A DNA stretch of 52,968 nucleotides, the filler included, from Catajapyx aquilonaris (taxonomy: Eukaryota): assembly GCA_000934665.2 (NCBI GenBank). It is 3 parts of 3 records of this genome, joined end to end, with 100 filler letters (N's around TTAATTAATTAA, not from the genome) between each part and the next. Parts side by side here need not be neighbours in the genome. Positions count along the whole stretch, not along the records: positions 1 to 17,619 come from JYFJ02006918.1; 2 more parts are not named here. One strand, 5' to 3'. Numbering within the stretch: position 1 is the stretch's first letter; each line of letters begins with the position of its first letter. The notes under the pieces were generated by a model. The model was not told where the DNA came from. It saw nothing but the letters and a program-made list of their open reading frames with translations, and searched no databases. Below are positions 1-13,076 of this stretch, one piece after another. The position numbers were made by a program, and so were the translations under genes.

Positions 1-245
1 GATTACTATGGCGGCCAGATAGCTTTTTCGCGCGCCGCTGAATAGCAAACCGGGAGAGAGAGAGAGAGAGGCGGAGGATGGGGGAGGAGGAGAGGATGGG
101 GAGGAGGAGAAGGAATCTGCAAGATGGGGAGGCCTTATATACACACATTCTTACATGCCAAATATTGCTGGAAGTGTACATGCAGCTGAGTCGGACACTT
201 TGTCCATCATGAAGACCCCAGGTTAGGTTAGAGATTAGCCTAAGT

Positions 246-1614
246 TGCCATTGACGTCATCGTTTCGCTTACCAATTCCTAGTCAACGGAAATCTGCCGA
301 ACGCACCACCGTTTACTCCCATTGTTGCTAGTATAGGGCATCTCCATTATACAGGGTGTTTTCTGTAACTATGTAAAGACTTGCAGGAGTAATAGAGGGG
401 ACCAAGACAAGTATTTTTGACATAGGAACCCATGTCCGGAAACGCCATCTAGAGGGGGTTCATAGACAAGGAACGGGTGCGCTCACACGCGTCAGGCGAG
501 CGGACTGTTTTGTTGACAGATGGCGCTCGGATGGTAAACAAGATGCGATGTCCCATAACCTGGCAACAACAGAGGCATCTAGCAACTAAAGTCCGCCTCC
601 TAGGAGACGCGCGGATAGTCAACAACTGTTGTTGCCAGCCAGTGAACTGTATATTGGAACTGGAACACGGACTGGCGGCCCAAAAATGTGTCCTGAGATC
701 GCCTGGTTCCTCCTGGAGATGTGATCAAGAAGCTCCCTGGCGGCGGAAAGGGCTTCGTGTGGCCCTGGGAGTCGGGGCGGAATTGTGTTTTCGTTCAGAT
801 TTACTGTTAATTTTGATATGGTTGTGGGGAGTTGTTAAGCATGGTCAGAAGTTATAAATTCAACTTGTCGCCATTTTTATCCTCACATATTACGGCCGCC
901 ATCTTGGCAAATGGCGGCGAAAAAACCCGGTTTTTCTGTTTTATCTTTTTAACCGTTCATTTTATGAAATTTTATATCGAATGAAACATAAGGAGAATTA
1001 CATTCCGCGTCAAAAAGGACTCCATCAATATTTTGATAACTGTAACGGTTTAGCCACAATCGTGCGGACAAAAGTCCGCTTATTGCGCTCTTTTGAATTA
1101 CAAGAGAATTTAGCGCTGAGCCGTGAGTAGGCCGCCATCTTGATTGCGACTGCCCTCTCCTGGAGAGGTGATCACAGCGGATTAGAGCAGGACACAGTTT
1201 TTGCGCCATCTATCAATGGGAGTCCGCGTTCCAGTTCCAATATACAGTTCACTGTTGCCAGCAGGTTATGGCGTATCGCGTCGTTGTTCGCTTACAACGA
1301 CGCGATGCGCCATAACCTGGCAACAACTGCGCGCCATCTATCAACAGAACAGTCCGCTCGCCTAGCGCCTCCCGCGTGACGCGTCTGAGCGCACCCGTTC
1401 CTTGTCTATGAACCCCCTCTAGATGGCGTTACCGGACACGGGTTCCTATGCAAAAAAAATAAATAAAAATGTCTTGGTCCCCTTTATTACCCCTGCAAGT
1501 CTTTACAGAGTTACAGGAAACACCCTGTATAAACTTGAAAAGTGGGCGGTTCCAGGGGTGCGTTCGGCAGATTTCAGTTGACTAAGGTAAGCGGAATGGA
1601 TGACGTCAATGGCA
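246..1614. repeat. Older inverted-repeat pair (246-307 / 1557-1614) enclosing the MITE
   Basis: tgccattgacgtcat...atctgccgaacgcacc is an imperfect reverse complement of ggtgcgttcggcagat...atgacgtcaatggca; probably a small palindromic element split by the 352-1527 insertion. Confidence 0.6.
352..1527. mobile_element. Tc1/mariner-type non-autonomous element (long-TIR MITE)
   Basis: TA|CAGGGTGTTT...AAACACCCTG|TA; TA target duplication; about 140 bp well-matched TIRs with patchy inverted similarity further in (about 640-700 vs 1185-1255); no transposase ORF. Confidence 0.85.
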
Positions 1615-4600
1615 GGTTAAGCTGGGTCGACTACACCAACCTGTAAATTCACATGGAACGTGACACAAAAATTCTGGTGGTGCCAACAATTGGTAATGGA
1701 CTGCATTTCTATTAGGAATCATGCAGCAGGCAACCGCAAAAGGTTCAGCTATACGGTATATAGCTCTATACTGCAGCAGAGGGAGTCACGGTGGGAGGGA
1801 AGGAGGGAGGAGCAGGGGGGATTCGGAAACGTAACCCATGGCAACACAGCCCGAAGGAAAAGGCGGAGACGGAAATGTCTGGAAGCTTCCTCCTTTCCAC
1901 CCCTCCCCTCTCTCCCTCCCCATCTCCCGAATATTCATTTTTGTGAAACTTGATTAATTTTTACGAGGTGGAAGGCGTAAGCCGGACTGTTATTCGGGGG
2001 CCCCATAAGCGTCGGAGATAAGGCAGGATTCATGGCCACCCCCCCCCCCCTTCCCTCCTTCCCTCCATTCCCTCCCACCCTCCCTCTTTTCTTTGCAAGA
2101 ATCTTCCGACCCGGGGGGAAGATAACGAGAGAGGAGAGCCCGCAGTGCATGATGGATCCTTACAAAAGATGGCTGCCCCATAACCGGAGCCGTGTAAAAA
2201 TTGTGCAGAAATTTCATCCTGACTGTTCAGGGCAACCCCGCAAAGCTCTCTCGTGCAAAGGGTGGCCTAACACTCAGGATAAAAGAAAATCATATGGGTG
2301 GAATTTTCGCCTCACTAACTTAGCAGTGTTGGCAATGGTACTGCTAAGTTAGCAGTAACTAGCAGTGGGACGACACTATAATTCCGCAAAGTTCTCTAGT
2401 GCAAAGGGTGGCATAACACTCATAGGATTTAAAAATTCATGCTGAATATCATTGCATTGATCTGACCGGAAGTGACCATCACCTGGACACTTGTTGCTCC
2501 GCCCCCTTCTATGTTTTTGTTTTGTTCTCTTTATGTGCAGCCCCACGTATGACGTCACGATGTGCCGGTGCATCGGTACCGTGTCCACATTGACCCCGAG
2601 AAACAAAAGCGGGCGAGGCTCTCCAAAATGGGGCTCATTATTTCCAAGAGCGGGTAAGCGGAAGGCGATAACATTGTTGGGAAGCGGAGGGGGGAGTGGG
2701 GGGCGAATAAAAGTGTGAAGTTTATACAGTTGGGGGGGAGGTGGGGGGGAGGTATGTATAGGCCTATTCTGGCGCCGATTATGGCGGCTTTTTGGTGGCA
2801 CAATGAAGCGCGAGAGATAGGCCCCTGCCGGCAACACAATGCGCCAACAAGGCCGGCTGAAATGTTCCAATTTTCACGCAGGAAAAGCCCCCACCACCAC
2901 CACCACCACCAGCTCACTCCCCTGCAGGCAAAAGAGCAGGAATCGCACTATCAGAGAGAGAGGCATAGGCAGGTGCGGGAGGGGGCCAAAACCTGACAAG
3001 TTGGCGACAACTACAAAACGGTGGAGGGGAAAAAGTAAACACCTTTTCCTCTCCAGCAGAGCGAGGCGAAAACTTTGCTCAATTTCCAGCAAGATTGGCA
3101 AAACTGCGAAGTTTGCGATTTCTCATATTAAGTCGGATTCTTCATCACTTTCATCTCTTATGTATAGGCAGGCCTATATACAGTCACTGTAGGCTACACC
3201 TGTCTACATGTAGTATGTAGATTCCAGGCGGTATATGTGCTGATAGGACAAAAGGTCATCGGATTTGGAGTGGGCCGGAGCGATGATTGGGTCATTAATG
3301 CGCGACCCTCGGGGGCGGACACAAAAAGCGGGGGGGCATAAATAAATATGAGGCCGGTGGTGTTGTCAAAAGACACCGTTGTCCGGCCTGTGTTGGTGAT
3401 GATGGATGGGGGCGGGCACCCAAAACACCCCTTTGGCTCCATTGGGGGAAAAGCCATGGGAAAGTACTACTGGACACTGTGTATATGATCATCAGAATTA
3501 TTCTGTGACGTCAGGGGGTCGCAGCATAAGTATTCATGCGGCCAAATTGCATCCCTCCAGAAGTTTGAAGATATCCCCAGATTGTCCCGGATATCACATG
3601 GGGACAATCGTGGGTTTAATGGGGGGAAGAGGCAGTGTCCCAAGTGGGCGAGGGGGGTAAGGGGAAGGAGAGGATGGGGGGGAGATGATAGAAAAGAGGG
3701 GGGGTGGACGGATTTTTTTTTTTTTTCCAGTGGGGGATGTGACAGGCGGTCCATTCATCAGCCTTATCTAGTGGCGCTGGCCAAAAGCGGGACGGGAAGC
3801 ATCGATTGCATGGGCCCCAAGCACCAACGATCCACTTCTCCCAACCACCCAACCACCCACAGCAGGCCCAGCAACCTTACCAAAAAAAAATAATTTAAAA
3901 TTTAAAAAAAAAGGTCTGCCCAACCACAAGCTGCTTATTTAGCTAATTTCCCACAATAAGAATCAGGTGGAAATAACTAATATTCGTGTATAACCAAGTC
4001 GACGGACCACCCTGTAAAATTCTTCCCAGAGAGTGACACCTGACTTCCTGGAATTAATTAGCCCATTAATCAAATGATCAGGTGACAGGCCAAGTAATTG
4101 CGCCCATCCCACGCCTCCGCAACTGTATATTTATATAAAAAATAAATCGGATCGGTTTTTGCAGTACATGCTCTAAAAACAATGAGATTCCTGTCGCGCA
4201 ACACTGACTAAAAAAAAACCCCAGAGGCTTTAGTATAGTAATCGCGCGTATTGGGTGGTTAATCCGACGGAATTGCGCAGCTCATATCTGCACTTTTGAT
4301 TTCGGGTTTATTTCCTTGGCAGCACCATTTTTCCAGCAACTCGTACCAAAAAAAAATCCGGGCCAGTAAATCCCAACCGACAACTTCCGAATATTTGCAT
4401 CATAAAGGCTCAGCTAGCGATATGAATACTATAGCGCAGGGAAATTAAGGGGGGACTCAATAGGATTAAACTTTTTTTTTTCCGGGGAGCTGCAAAACAC
4501 CCTATGAATAAAAAAAAAATCCGGTACGACCATTGTTGACGCGAACAAAAATAAGCTGCTTAGGACCGCTGTCAGGAAACTGTATTATTGGGACTGGTTA

Positions 4601-7373
4601 AAAAAAAGTACAGAGAAAGGACACAAAATAATGATGCATACATTGTCATACAGTACTGCGCGTTGCTCAAGTTGACACTTACAACAATGAGGGATAACAA
4701 TGCGCACAGATCAGGACCTACCCTGCGTTGGAGCAAATTGTATCACTTGTTTAAAAAAGTGATGACGTGAACAGATCATTGGGAGCGCCATTTTACAACA
4801 TAACTACAATTAATAAGGAGATGATTCGAGATGATTCTCTGGGTTTATCCTGCAGAAAGAAAAAAGGACATGGTTTTCGGCAAAGTTGGCCCCACCTATA
4901 ATGGTATACCCAGTGTGGCAGCAGCGTGAGAGAGAGAGCTGAAATCGGGCGATAAGGAATGGTAATCGAGGAATACTTATTGGCTTGATTTGCATCCCGT
5001 TATTCCGGGACGGCCCAGGGAAAATGGGCAGGCATTCCGGAGGGGGTCCTTCCCACCCACACACACACACACCCATCCCAATTCTCTCTCAGCCTGGGGC
5101 CTATAGCACAGTGCCAAAAAAAATTGCAAAGAAAAAAAAACCCACCACACACTGTAACATAACGAGTTGACAAAATGAATGATTGGCTCCAGAAGCCCCC
5201 CCAAAAAATTTTGAGGCTGGAAAAATGGGATGTCAACCAGCATGACTTGGTAATTGGGGGGCGGAAAAAGGGTGGAAACCCAATAAGAAATTGCGGGGTC
5301 CAAAGGAGCAGTCAAAAAATCAGGACGGGTAGGAAGGAACCATCAGTCAACATCACGTCTAGCTCCCAACCACATGTATAATCTGATTGTGGAATGAAAT
5401 TTTACGGCTCACAATTCTCAAAACTGTGGTGCCTGCGATGGATGATTCCGGTTACGCAGGTGTATGCAAATACCGCTGAAAAAAAAAGGAGCATCGGCAT
5501 TATTGACATAATTTAATTGGGAGACAGGATGTCGCCACTTGGGAGATGCTGATCAGCACGTGCACTGGAAGAAATGGCTGTTAGTTGGAGAAACCGTCAC
5601 ATACTCCTCATCAATTTGTTCACATTACGCAACTGCCTGCCACAATCTGTATTCGACAGAAATTATAACTGCGCCTGATGGACAAATGGTATAGGTTTCA
5701 GATTCTTATCGCACCAGGCACCGCTGGAATTTTAATGACAAATTGCCAGAATAGGTTTCTACTAAAAATGTCGTCATGCACATCTGCATACATTAATTTC
5801 ATTATCTACACACCTTGCGAACAGATGGCAAACGACACTACTTGCAGAGCGAGTCCAGCTTACAAGCTGCGTTCTACTTGAACGGTACATTGCCAAGATA
5901 CATCATTGCTCCCCGAGCTCCCTCATTTTATTTCCGCAGCAGCAAAACTGTCAATATGTCGCCAATTTACTGTGCAGGGAGGGCCCTCCCTCTCCGCCCC
6001 CTCAATTCCAATTCCCCTTAAGCCCAACACTGAGAAAACAGTGTTGGATTAGAGAAGCAATAAAAACGAGTGGAAGGGGGGGGGGGAGAAGCGCAACAAT
6101 CAAGGGCTACAATGGGGAAAGGGGGAGGGAAGGAGGAGAGTCGGTAGCATCAAGGCTGCGCCTTATCTCCATCTTATGGTTGGAAAGGGGATTGAAGAGG
6201 GAGGAGGGGGAAGATAAATCGAGGAGGAGGCTGCCTTTATCTGCGCGCAACATCACCAGAGAGCGGGAGGGGGAAACTCCCTCCCCGCTCGATAAGGTTG
6301 CCTTGGCGACCAATCCCTACTCCTTCCTCCCCGCTGCCGTCCAAAGCACCCCCCGCCTTTCCATTCATTCCTCCACACTGTTGGGTCCTATAATATGTTT
6401 GCCAAAAAAAAAAAAAAGGATGGTCCAGGAAATGCAAAAAATACCTCAAAGTTTGCACATTGTTTTAATACATGGAAGGCAACAACAATGAAAAGTCTTG
6501 GGGGATGTTCTCGCAACATCCAGGCAGCGGGATGTGTGATGAAAGATCATGTCTGCTAGAAAGCTGTCATTGCGTTTGATCTCCGGATACCAGGAAGTGG
6601 TACGCAGGGAGTGCAGTACCAATGCTGCCGAATACTGGCCGCACCGATGGACACAGACCACAGGACTGAGGTTGCAGCATGTGTTATCAACTGTGCGGTC
6701 GTTATCGCCAACAATTGATGACATCTTGCAAACCGTCAGGCAACAATCTACCTTCAGTGATGCAACCCACTCTAAAACGATTACAGATTTTTGGCACTGG
6801 ATGCACCACATTCTATTAGCCCAGCATGTAAAATCATGCTAACGGCACCACAACCATTTTCAATTGACTTTCGTGGATGGAAAGTAGTGGCAATCTAACT
6901 TGGGTTAGTTATAAATTTAAAAGTAAGTGTTGCTATTGTGATGTCAGTGCCCAACTTAAACTGCCACTATTACTCCTCATACCAAGGACGTAAATTACGT
7001 TGTTACTTACTAGCGTATAATAGAGAAAGTCAACAACTCCCGTTAAATTCCTTAAATAGTAGCAGTTCAACAACGAGTCATGTGCAGAGTAGATAATAAA
7101 GCTCAGTACATTAAAGTTTACAATACATAGGTAATGACTATGGATTTAAGGGGAATCCCTGACTAACCCGGATGAAATGTAGCCACCAAACAAGCAGTCG
7201 GATAATAATTTCAATATACAGCATTACCAAAAGGCAGTCAATAGTGTAAATCAGTTTATACATCACGTAAATTTTGTCGACAATATTTTACCTGTCCTGT
7301 CCACTCTCATCCTGCCAAGACAATATAACAGGGGTCCAAATGGCTTTCTTTCATGCGTGTGGCTTTAGTGCCG

Positions 7374-10300
7374 TCACATAGGCTGCAGCAGGACCATCAT
7401 TTCTGGCTTAAGGTAGGCCTCGTCCTTGCCTTGCTGAGCTCCTCCTTCCCACCTGAAGTTGACCAGCGCTGCAGGGACCAGCTGCAGATCTGCCAGGGAG
7501 GGACCCGCCCCGGCGCCTTCCTCTCCCTCTTCTGACCCACCCGCCGCCTTCGCCTCACCATCCGCCTCCCACAGCTTTTCCCCAGTGGCCTTGCACAGGA
7601 CGAAAGGTCGCTCCGTGTCATGCAGACACTCAGTCACAAATTCACGGAGGGCAGTCACACGCTCATACACTCCAAAGGTACCCTGAAAATGAAAGTGCAA
7701 AAAGTGTCACCAAAACATGACGTTCCACAGGCCCTGTACAAATAAGGTTGGCAGTGAATCACACAGGTCAAGGCAAAGACATCTTCCGCCTCATTAAGCT
7801 CAGCAACTCTGAAAGAGTGACCCAATAATAAACACAATCTTTGTAATAATTATTGATCATCAGAAAATCACACCTGCCTCTGCCTTCATTCCAAGTGGCA
7901 GGAAAGTGTCACAACAACCATCACCATCTCTAGAGGCTGACCATTCCGCATTATAATGGTACCACGAATGGGACCAATACTGTGCAACCAAGATGTATCA
8001 GCTCCATTGTCACATTTCGTTGAAGAATAAGTAACACCAGGTTTTGTCTGCCGTCACTAAACTTAATGCTACACGTTATATATCGCACGTCAAACAGCGG
8101 ACAGCACAAATGGTCGAATGGTGACATATGTTGGTCAAACTGGCTTCTGGAAGATCTTATCGCACAGCGGGACAGCTTCATCATAAGAGACTGCAAGGTC
8201 TAGCCGAAAAGTGATAGGATTTCTGCGGCACATACACCATGTCCAACTCGGAGGACACAGCTCCACCCAAGAAAATGAAGAGGTCGCATGAGTTTGTCCG
8301 GGTGCATTATGAATACAAGGCATCCAACTGGTCAGCCTGCAAGATCGCGGGTCCCGGAGCGGCCAGGACCCTTATACTGGTCATGCCGAACGGGCTGGCC
8401 CACCGAATGATGACACTAACCAATCGCAGGGAGCGTAGTCATGAGATCGGTCGAAATGAGTTTGGTTGGGGGCGCTCAGCTTCGTGACTCATTCCCGATG
8501 GGAGCATTACATACAATACGACTCTAACAAACAACAGTCGATTTTGCCTGCAACGCTAAGAACCCATAAAACGCAACACGCTTAGCGCGAAATCAGTGGG
8601 AACCCACAGAAGCACTTCTCGCAGCGGTTCCTGGATTTGCAACTGAGAGAACTGGTTGCAACAGAATATTGTCGAATAGGTTCTGAAAGCAGTAATGGTA
8701 TTTAAGCGCTTCCACATTTGCGAAGTGGCTGTCGGTGGTGGAAGCTGCACGAGGCGGTTCTGATGGGAAGGTCGCGGTTCTTTTTCCATCCCTGAGCACA
8801 CCACAATAAATGATGATGTCACCCTAAGAGTTCCATTGACAAAAATGCTTACCCCTGGTAGAAAAGTGAAGCAGCATTATGGCCAATAAATCATCTGCAA
8901 AGCAATCAGGATTACAAAGCAGATAACAAACAGATTTGTATTGGTAAGTTGAAGGTGACAGTAAAGACTGGGCCGAGTTTAGATGACCTGGATCACCCAA
9001 TATGATAGATGGCGCCCATTTGTTTTGAATGTTAATTCCGTCATTTTACTTGGGAGTGATTATAAAGCCACGAGCAATACAAAGTTGCTTGACCATGTGA
9101 TATCCTTGACCGCGGATTCCGTTTCAATCCTGAAAAGCCCTATATGCAGCTACTTGTCATTATCTGAATATATTTATTTATTTTTATTTATTTTGTTTAC
9201 CTCTTGATAGAGCAGTGTTCTCTTGAGGGGAACAATATCTGAATTAAATAATACCAGGAACCATACATGCATCCGTACTCCTCTCGCTTACATGACACCT
9301 TCACAAGTGAGACATTTTCACCCATCTGCTGTTTGACGTGCGATAATGGGTGGCATTAAGTTTAGTGGCGGCGTACAAAACCTGGTGTTACTTATTCCTC
9401 AAACGAAATGTGACAGTGGAGCTGATACGTGTTGGTTGCACAGTATCGGTCCCATTCGTGGTCCCATTATAATGCGGAATGGTCAGCCTCTAGAGATGGC
9501 GATGGTGTTGTGACACTTTCCTGCCACTTGGAATGAAGGCAGAGGTGTGATTTTGTGATGATCATTAATTACAAAGATTATATTTGTTCGGCGCAGGCAT
9601 AACTGCAACGAGCATTGGGCATTAATCTCGTCAATTCAATGCAAGGCGCTTCAAGGCTATCCAAAATGCCCCAACCTCGCTTTCACCTCTCAGGCGGGCA
9701 TTAATCGTGTCTCCACCTTACCACCACCTGCTGCCCCCTCCATGTGTTGCGGGGAAGCCCTCGACAGTCAGGATGAAAAATTCCCATGTAGAGACGTACC
9801 ATTCTTTCAGAGCCATACTGTACTATATCGCTCAAAAAGATGGGAAACGATTTTGCATTTGGTTTCAATGCAAAATCGTCTCTATATTTTTGAGCGATAC
9901 ACACTAGTACTGTGCAGTGAACCTCGCCAGACGGAGCAGCACGGTGATGACATGGCTGGATTTCGAATTCTGATGGGCCTTCAAGATCTCTTCCCAAAGA
10001 CCTTGATCATCAGGCTTATTCTATCCTGTTTTGGAGTGTGATGACTTGTGATATGTCTGGCAACCGTTACACAGCTCAACAGTTTAGACACTGCAATCGG
10101 ACATTTCCCCTGCACGTGTCTTGCATCAATAATACTGCAGCCATTCAAGCTACATAGTGAATCGTTTGGAAAGTGTTCCTTCATCCAGCTGAAAATTATT
10201 ACCTTTTTTTTTTGTTATGATTTGTTTTAATTAGAAAGTATCATGCTATGGTCCTTTATGAGACAAGTGCACACTACTAATTGCATAAACAATTGACTTG

Positions 10301-12019
10301 ATGAAATATTCATTTTTTGAACAATAATTCATTCACATCATAGCATGTTCCTAATTGAAGGTGTAGCCAGCAATAATGAGAGAACCACAAGAATGACTCG
10401 CTGGATTCCACATCATCTCACCTGGCTGTACACAAAGGAATCTCTACAGCTCTGATCACTGGATAGCACGGCAAGAAAGACCCAATCGCCTTTGACAAAA
10501 TCTCTTCACTCATTCATTACCACTCGAGTGATTCAAGAGGTTGACTGACCTGCAGCACAATCCCATCAGGTAGCCTGACCCTCACCAGGGTGTACCTGTA
10601 CCTCTTGGCGGCCTCCCTCCCTTCCTCCCTCTCCCGCATGGCCTTGGTTCTCAGCACCATCCCTCTCTCCACCGCCTCCGTCCTCGCCTGCTGCTCCCGC
10701 TTCACTTCCTCTGGAGTCATGGCAAAGAACTCAGGGGGAAGGCTCACTCTTGCCGACGCCTGCTGGGGCATCAACACCTTTACACACCTGCAAGGAACAG
10801 CAGTTTTCACGATCCACGATTTCCTTCCCCTTGGTTGCACTCAATGTTTCATCCTCAACCAATCAAAGCTGATGGTATTATAGCGTAGAATACATGTGAC
10901 TGCATTGATTACTTATCATGTTTTGTGTGCAAGCTCAAGGTATTAATCAATCAAGGCGATGTAAAGAGGCATCGAATGATTACATCCATAAGTACACACC
11001 TGTCCAGCTCTGGTAAGATAGGTTCAGATCCTAAGAGGGCATCTCGGAGGATCTCAAGAGCCTCCAGGTGCTCCAGCTTTTCCTCGGGGAATACCATGAA
11101 GTCCTCACCTCCTTCCTGCTTCTCTTCAAACCCAGCAGCTATGAGAAAGTCACGGGAACCTTCGATGGGTGCCACCCTCTCCTGGAAGGCCCGGTTGCTC
11201 AGGCGAATACGCCGGTACTTTTCTTCCGTCGGGTTTTGCATCAGGTTGTCCAAATACTTGCAGAGGGTGTCCACGCAAGTGTTAATCTGAAAAATACGTG
11301 AAGTAATGTCAGCCATGCTTGTACTGTTGCAGCAGAATTTAAGTGAAACTTCGGGGGTGTTCGCTCGGACATCACAGCTAAATCATGATGGTGGGAGTAA
11401 CCTTTTCTCTTCCCTTGTTGCACGAATGGATAATGAGGCAGGATGTGAGTCCTCTCTCCTCCTGCAGCTGCTCCCTCAGGAATTCTCGAATGCGCCGCTC
11501 CATATCTGCCCTGGACAGGACCTCGCTTCCTACCAGGGGACAGCGGAAGTAGACGCCTCCTACTGCCATCTCCTCAGTGGTTGCCCTACTGGGGGACTGA
11601 CTCTCTCGTTGCCCACCCTGCTGCTGTTGGCTCCTCTCCTCCTGAGCTTCTGCTTCCATCTGGCGCTTTGCCTGTGCTCGGATGGCAGACAAAGACCTTT
11701 GGGTGGAAGAAATGAAATGGCATAATTGTAAAATGTTGGTGCCTCTGAGGGTTTGGCAGAACTTGACTTGTACTAACCAGTTGACATTGGTGGCATCTAG
11801 TTTCTTCTCCAGTCTCGCCACAGCAGCTGCAGCTGCCTTGCTCGACTCCTGGGATGGCCCGGATCTGTTTGGAGCCTCCTGCCGCCTCTGGTTGCCATGA
11901 TGACCCCTGCTCCCTGACGACGACCTTGCTGCGGGTTCTGAGAGCTTGTGGCCTTCTCCGGCCAGCTTGAACTTGGCGTCCATCTTCTTCTTGCGGAAAA
12001 AGTCTCGGATGGCAGCCAT
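7374..12019 (-). CDS. UBXN6: UBX domain-containing protein 6 (UBXD1; p97/VCP cofactor with VIM, PUB and UBX domains), about 456 aa
   Basis: Exons complement(11778-12019, 11402-11696, 11000-11286, 10550-10787, 7374-7682), all GT-AG and frame-consistent. N-terminus MAAIRDFFRKKKMDAKFKLAGEGHKL; VIM-like KAAAAAVARLE; PUB domain KYLDNLMQNPTEEKYRRIRLSN; UBX YRYTLVRVRLPDGIVLQ|GTF...LVPAALVNF. Confidence 0.95.
7838..9579. repeat. About 250-bp inverted repeat pair (7838-8098 / 9328-9579) in UBXN6 intron 4
   Basis: e.g. ccttcattccaagtggcaggaaagtgtcacaac vs gttgtgacactttcctgccacttggaatgaagg; no clear TSD. Confidence 0.8.
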
Positions 12020-12070
12020 CTTTGGTTGTCGACTCGTTTGCGTCTTCTTGGTGCTTCAGTTAGGCAAGGC

Positions 12071-12496
12071 CTATATTCGTGGCGAATGCTCCTGCGGCAA
12101 CCTGAGCTCGGCAACGCTGCTCCTCAGTTCTTCCACAGCCTTGAGAGACGCTGGTTTCATGAACCGGTCGGCAATCCGCTCACCATACACCTTCCAGGCA
12201 ATGACGACCATCAATATGTTAGCGATCAGAACGAACGCAAATCCTTTCAGGAGCTTCAGTTGGGTCTCGTCAAATGCCAAATCGAAGCAGATGGGCTCCG
12301 GGATCTGGATTGGTGGCGGTGGAGGGGTAGGGGCCGCCGCCAAGGGTGGGGCCGGGAGGGAAGGGGGGGACAGGAGGAGGTCGGACGCGGTGTTGAGGAA
12401 GCCGAGGAGGTACTCGGCAGGGTTGAAGGTCAGGTCGGGAAGGAACGCGGCTAGCTTGTCAGCCAGTTGGTACAGGGAATCTACGATGAAGCTCAT
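12071..12496 (-). CDS. Uncharacterised 141-aa predicted single-pass membrane protein directly upstream of UBXN6
   Basis: ATG at 12496 lies 17 nt after a good acceptor (tttaccatctttccag|, exon start 12513). GC-rich codons like the neighbouring genes; Pro-rich linker; hydrophobic segment GFAFVLIANILMVVIAW; amphipathic C-terminus ending LRLPQEHSPRI. Confidence 0.7.
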   Translation of the reverse strand: MSFIVDSLYQLADKLAAFLPDLTFNPAEYLLGFLNTASDLLLSPPSLPAPPLAAAPTPPPPPIQIPEPICFDLAFDETQLKLLKGFAFVLIANILMVVIAWKVYGERIADRFMKPASLKAVEELRSSVAELRLPQEHSPRI

Positions 12497-12719
12497 AAGG
12501 GGGCGGGACTGCCCTGGAAAGATGGTAAACGCTGCGTTCGAATAATTGTCGACAATTAATGCAGAACATGTTGTCCAATTTCGAAAATTAATATTCAAGG
12601 CTGCTTTCTGCAGTGGTTCAGAACGGAATGAGTAAGCAAATCTTATTTGAAAGTTGTTACGCAATGATGCGAATGACCCCCTCCTTTTAATGGCTGCTAA
12701 TTACCTATTGTTCCAGTAC

Positions 12720-13076
12720 CTGCCTTTCAATCAGAGTCCCAGCTGTCCGTAGAACGAACGAGTCCAAGGAACCATTAAAATGAAAGGAGATTTCGAGAGA
12801 GAGAGAAAAAAAATGGCAGACATTCGGGTGGATATCACACGGTGCGGACTTGCTCGGGTAGTCATTTACGCCGATTGGACCATAACCTGACCAATCACAC
12901 GCATTCGAATGTGCGCATCGGACATCACCGGCCGACGTTCTAATTATTTAATCATTAAAATAAATATGTGCGCATTATATATATTTGTAGGTGGCGGTTA
13001 TGATTGATTTATTAGTTAAATATGCGTTCTATTGTGGGTGGACTGGTGCTGTTGGCTACCCTGCCCGTGGTTCAAG
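12720..13076. promoter_or_regulatory. Bidirectional promoter (small ORF/UBXN6 vs MON1) with a probable minus-strand 5'UTR exon
   Basis: Divergent genes. Opposed CCAAT boxes (ATTGG 12874-12878, CCAAT 12891-12895); TGCGCA at 12912 and 12969; AT-rich tract about 12940-12990; minus-strand donor CAG|GTACTG at 12720/12719; YY1-like AAGATGGCGGC over the MON1 ATG. Confidence 0.6.

Noticed and set aside
1660..6842. Many short ORFs
   Set aside because: Low-complexity G/C-run sequence, no recognisable domain or consistent splice structure.
11946..12545. Plus-strand 199-aa and 168-aa ORFs
   Set aside because: Antisense shadows of GC-rich minus-strand coding sequence.
12497..12664. N-terminal extension of the 197-aa ORF call
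   Set aside because: Starts at a non-ATG codon and lies mostly in an AT-richer probable intron ending at the 12514 acceptor.
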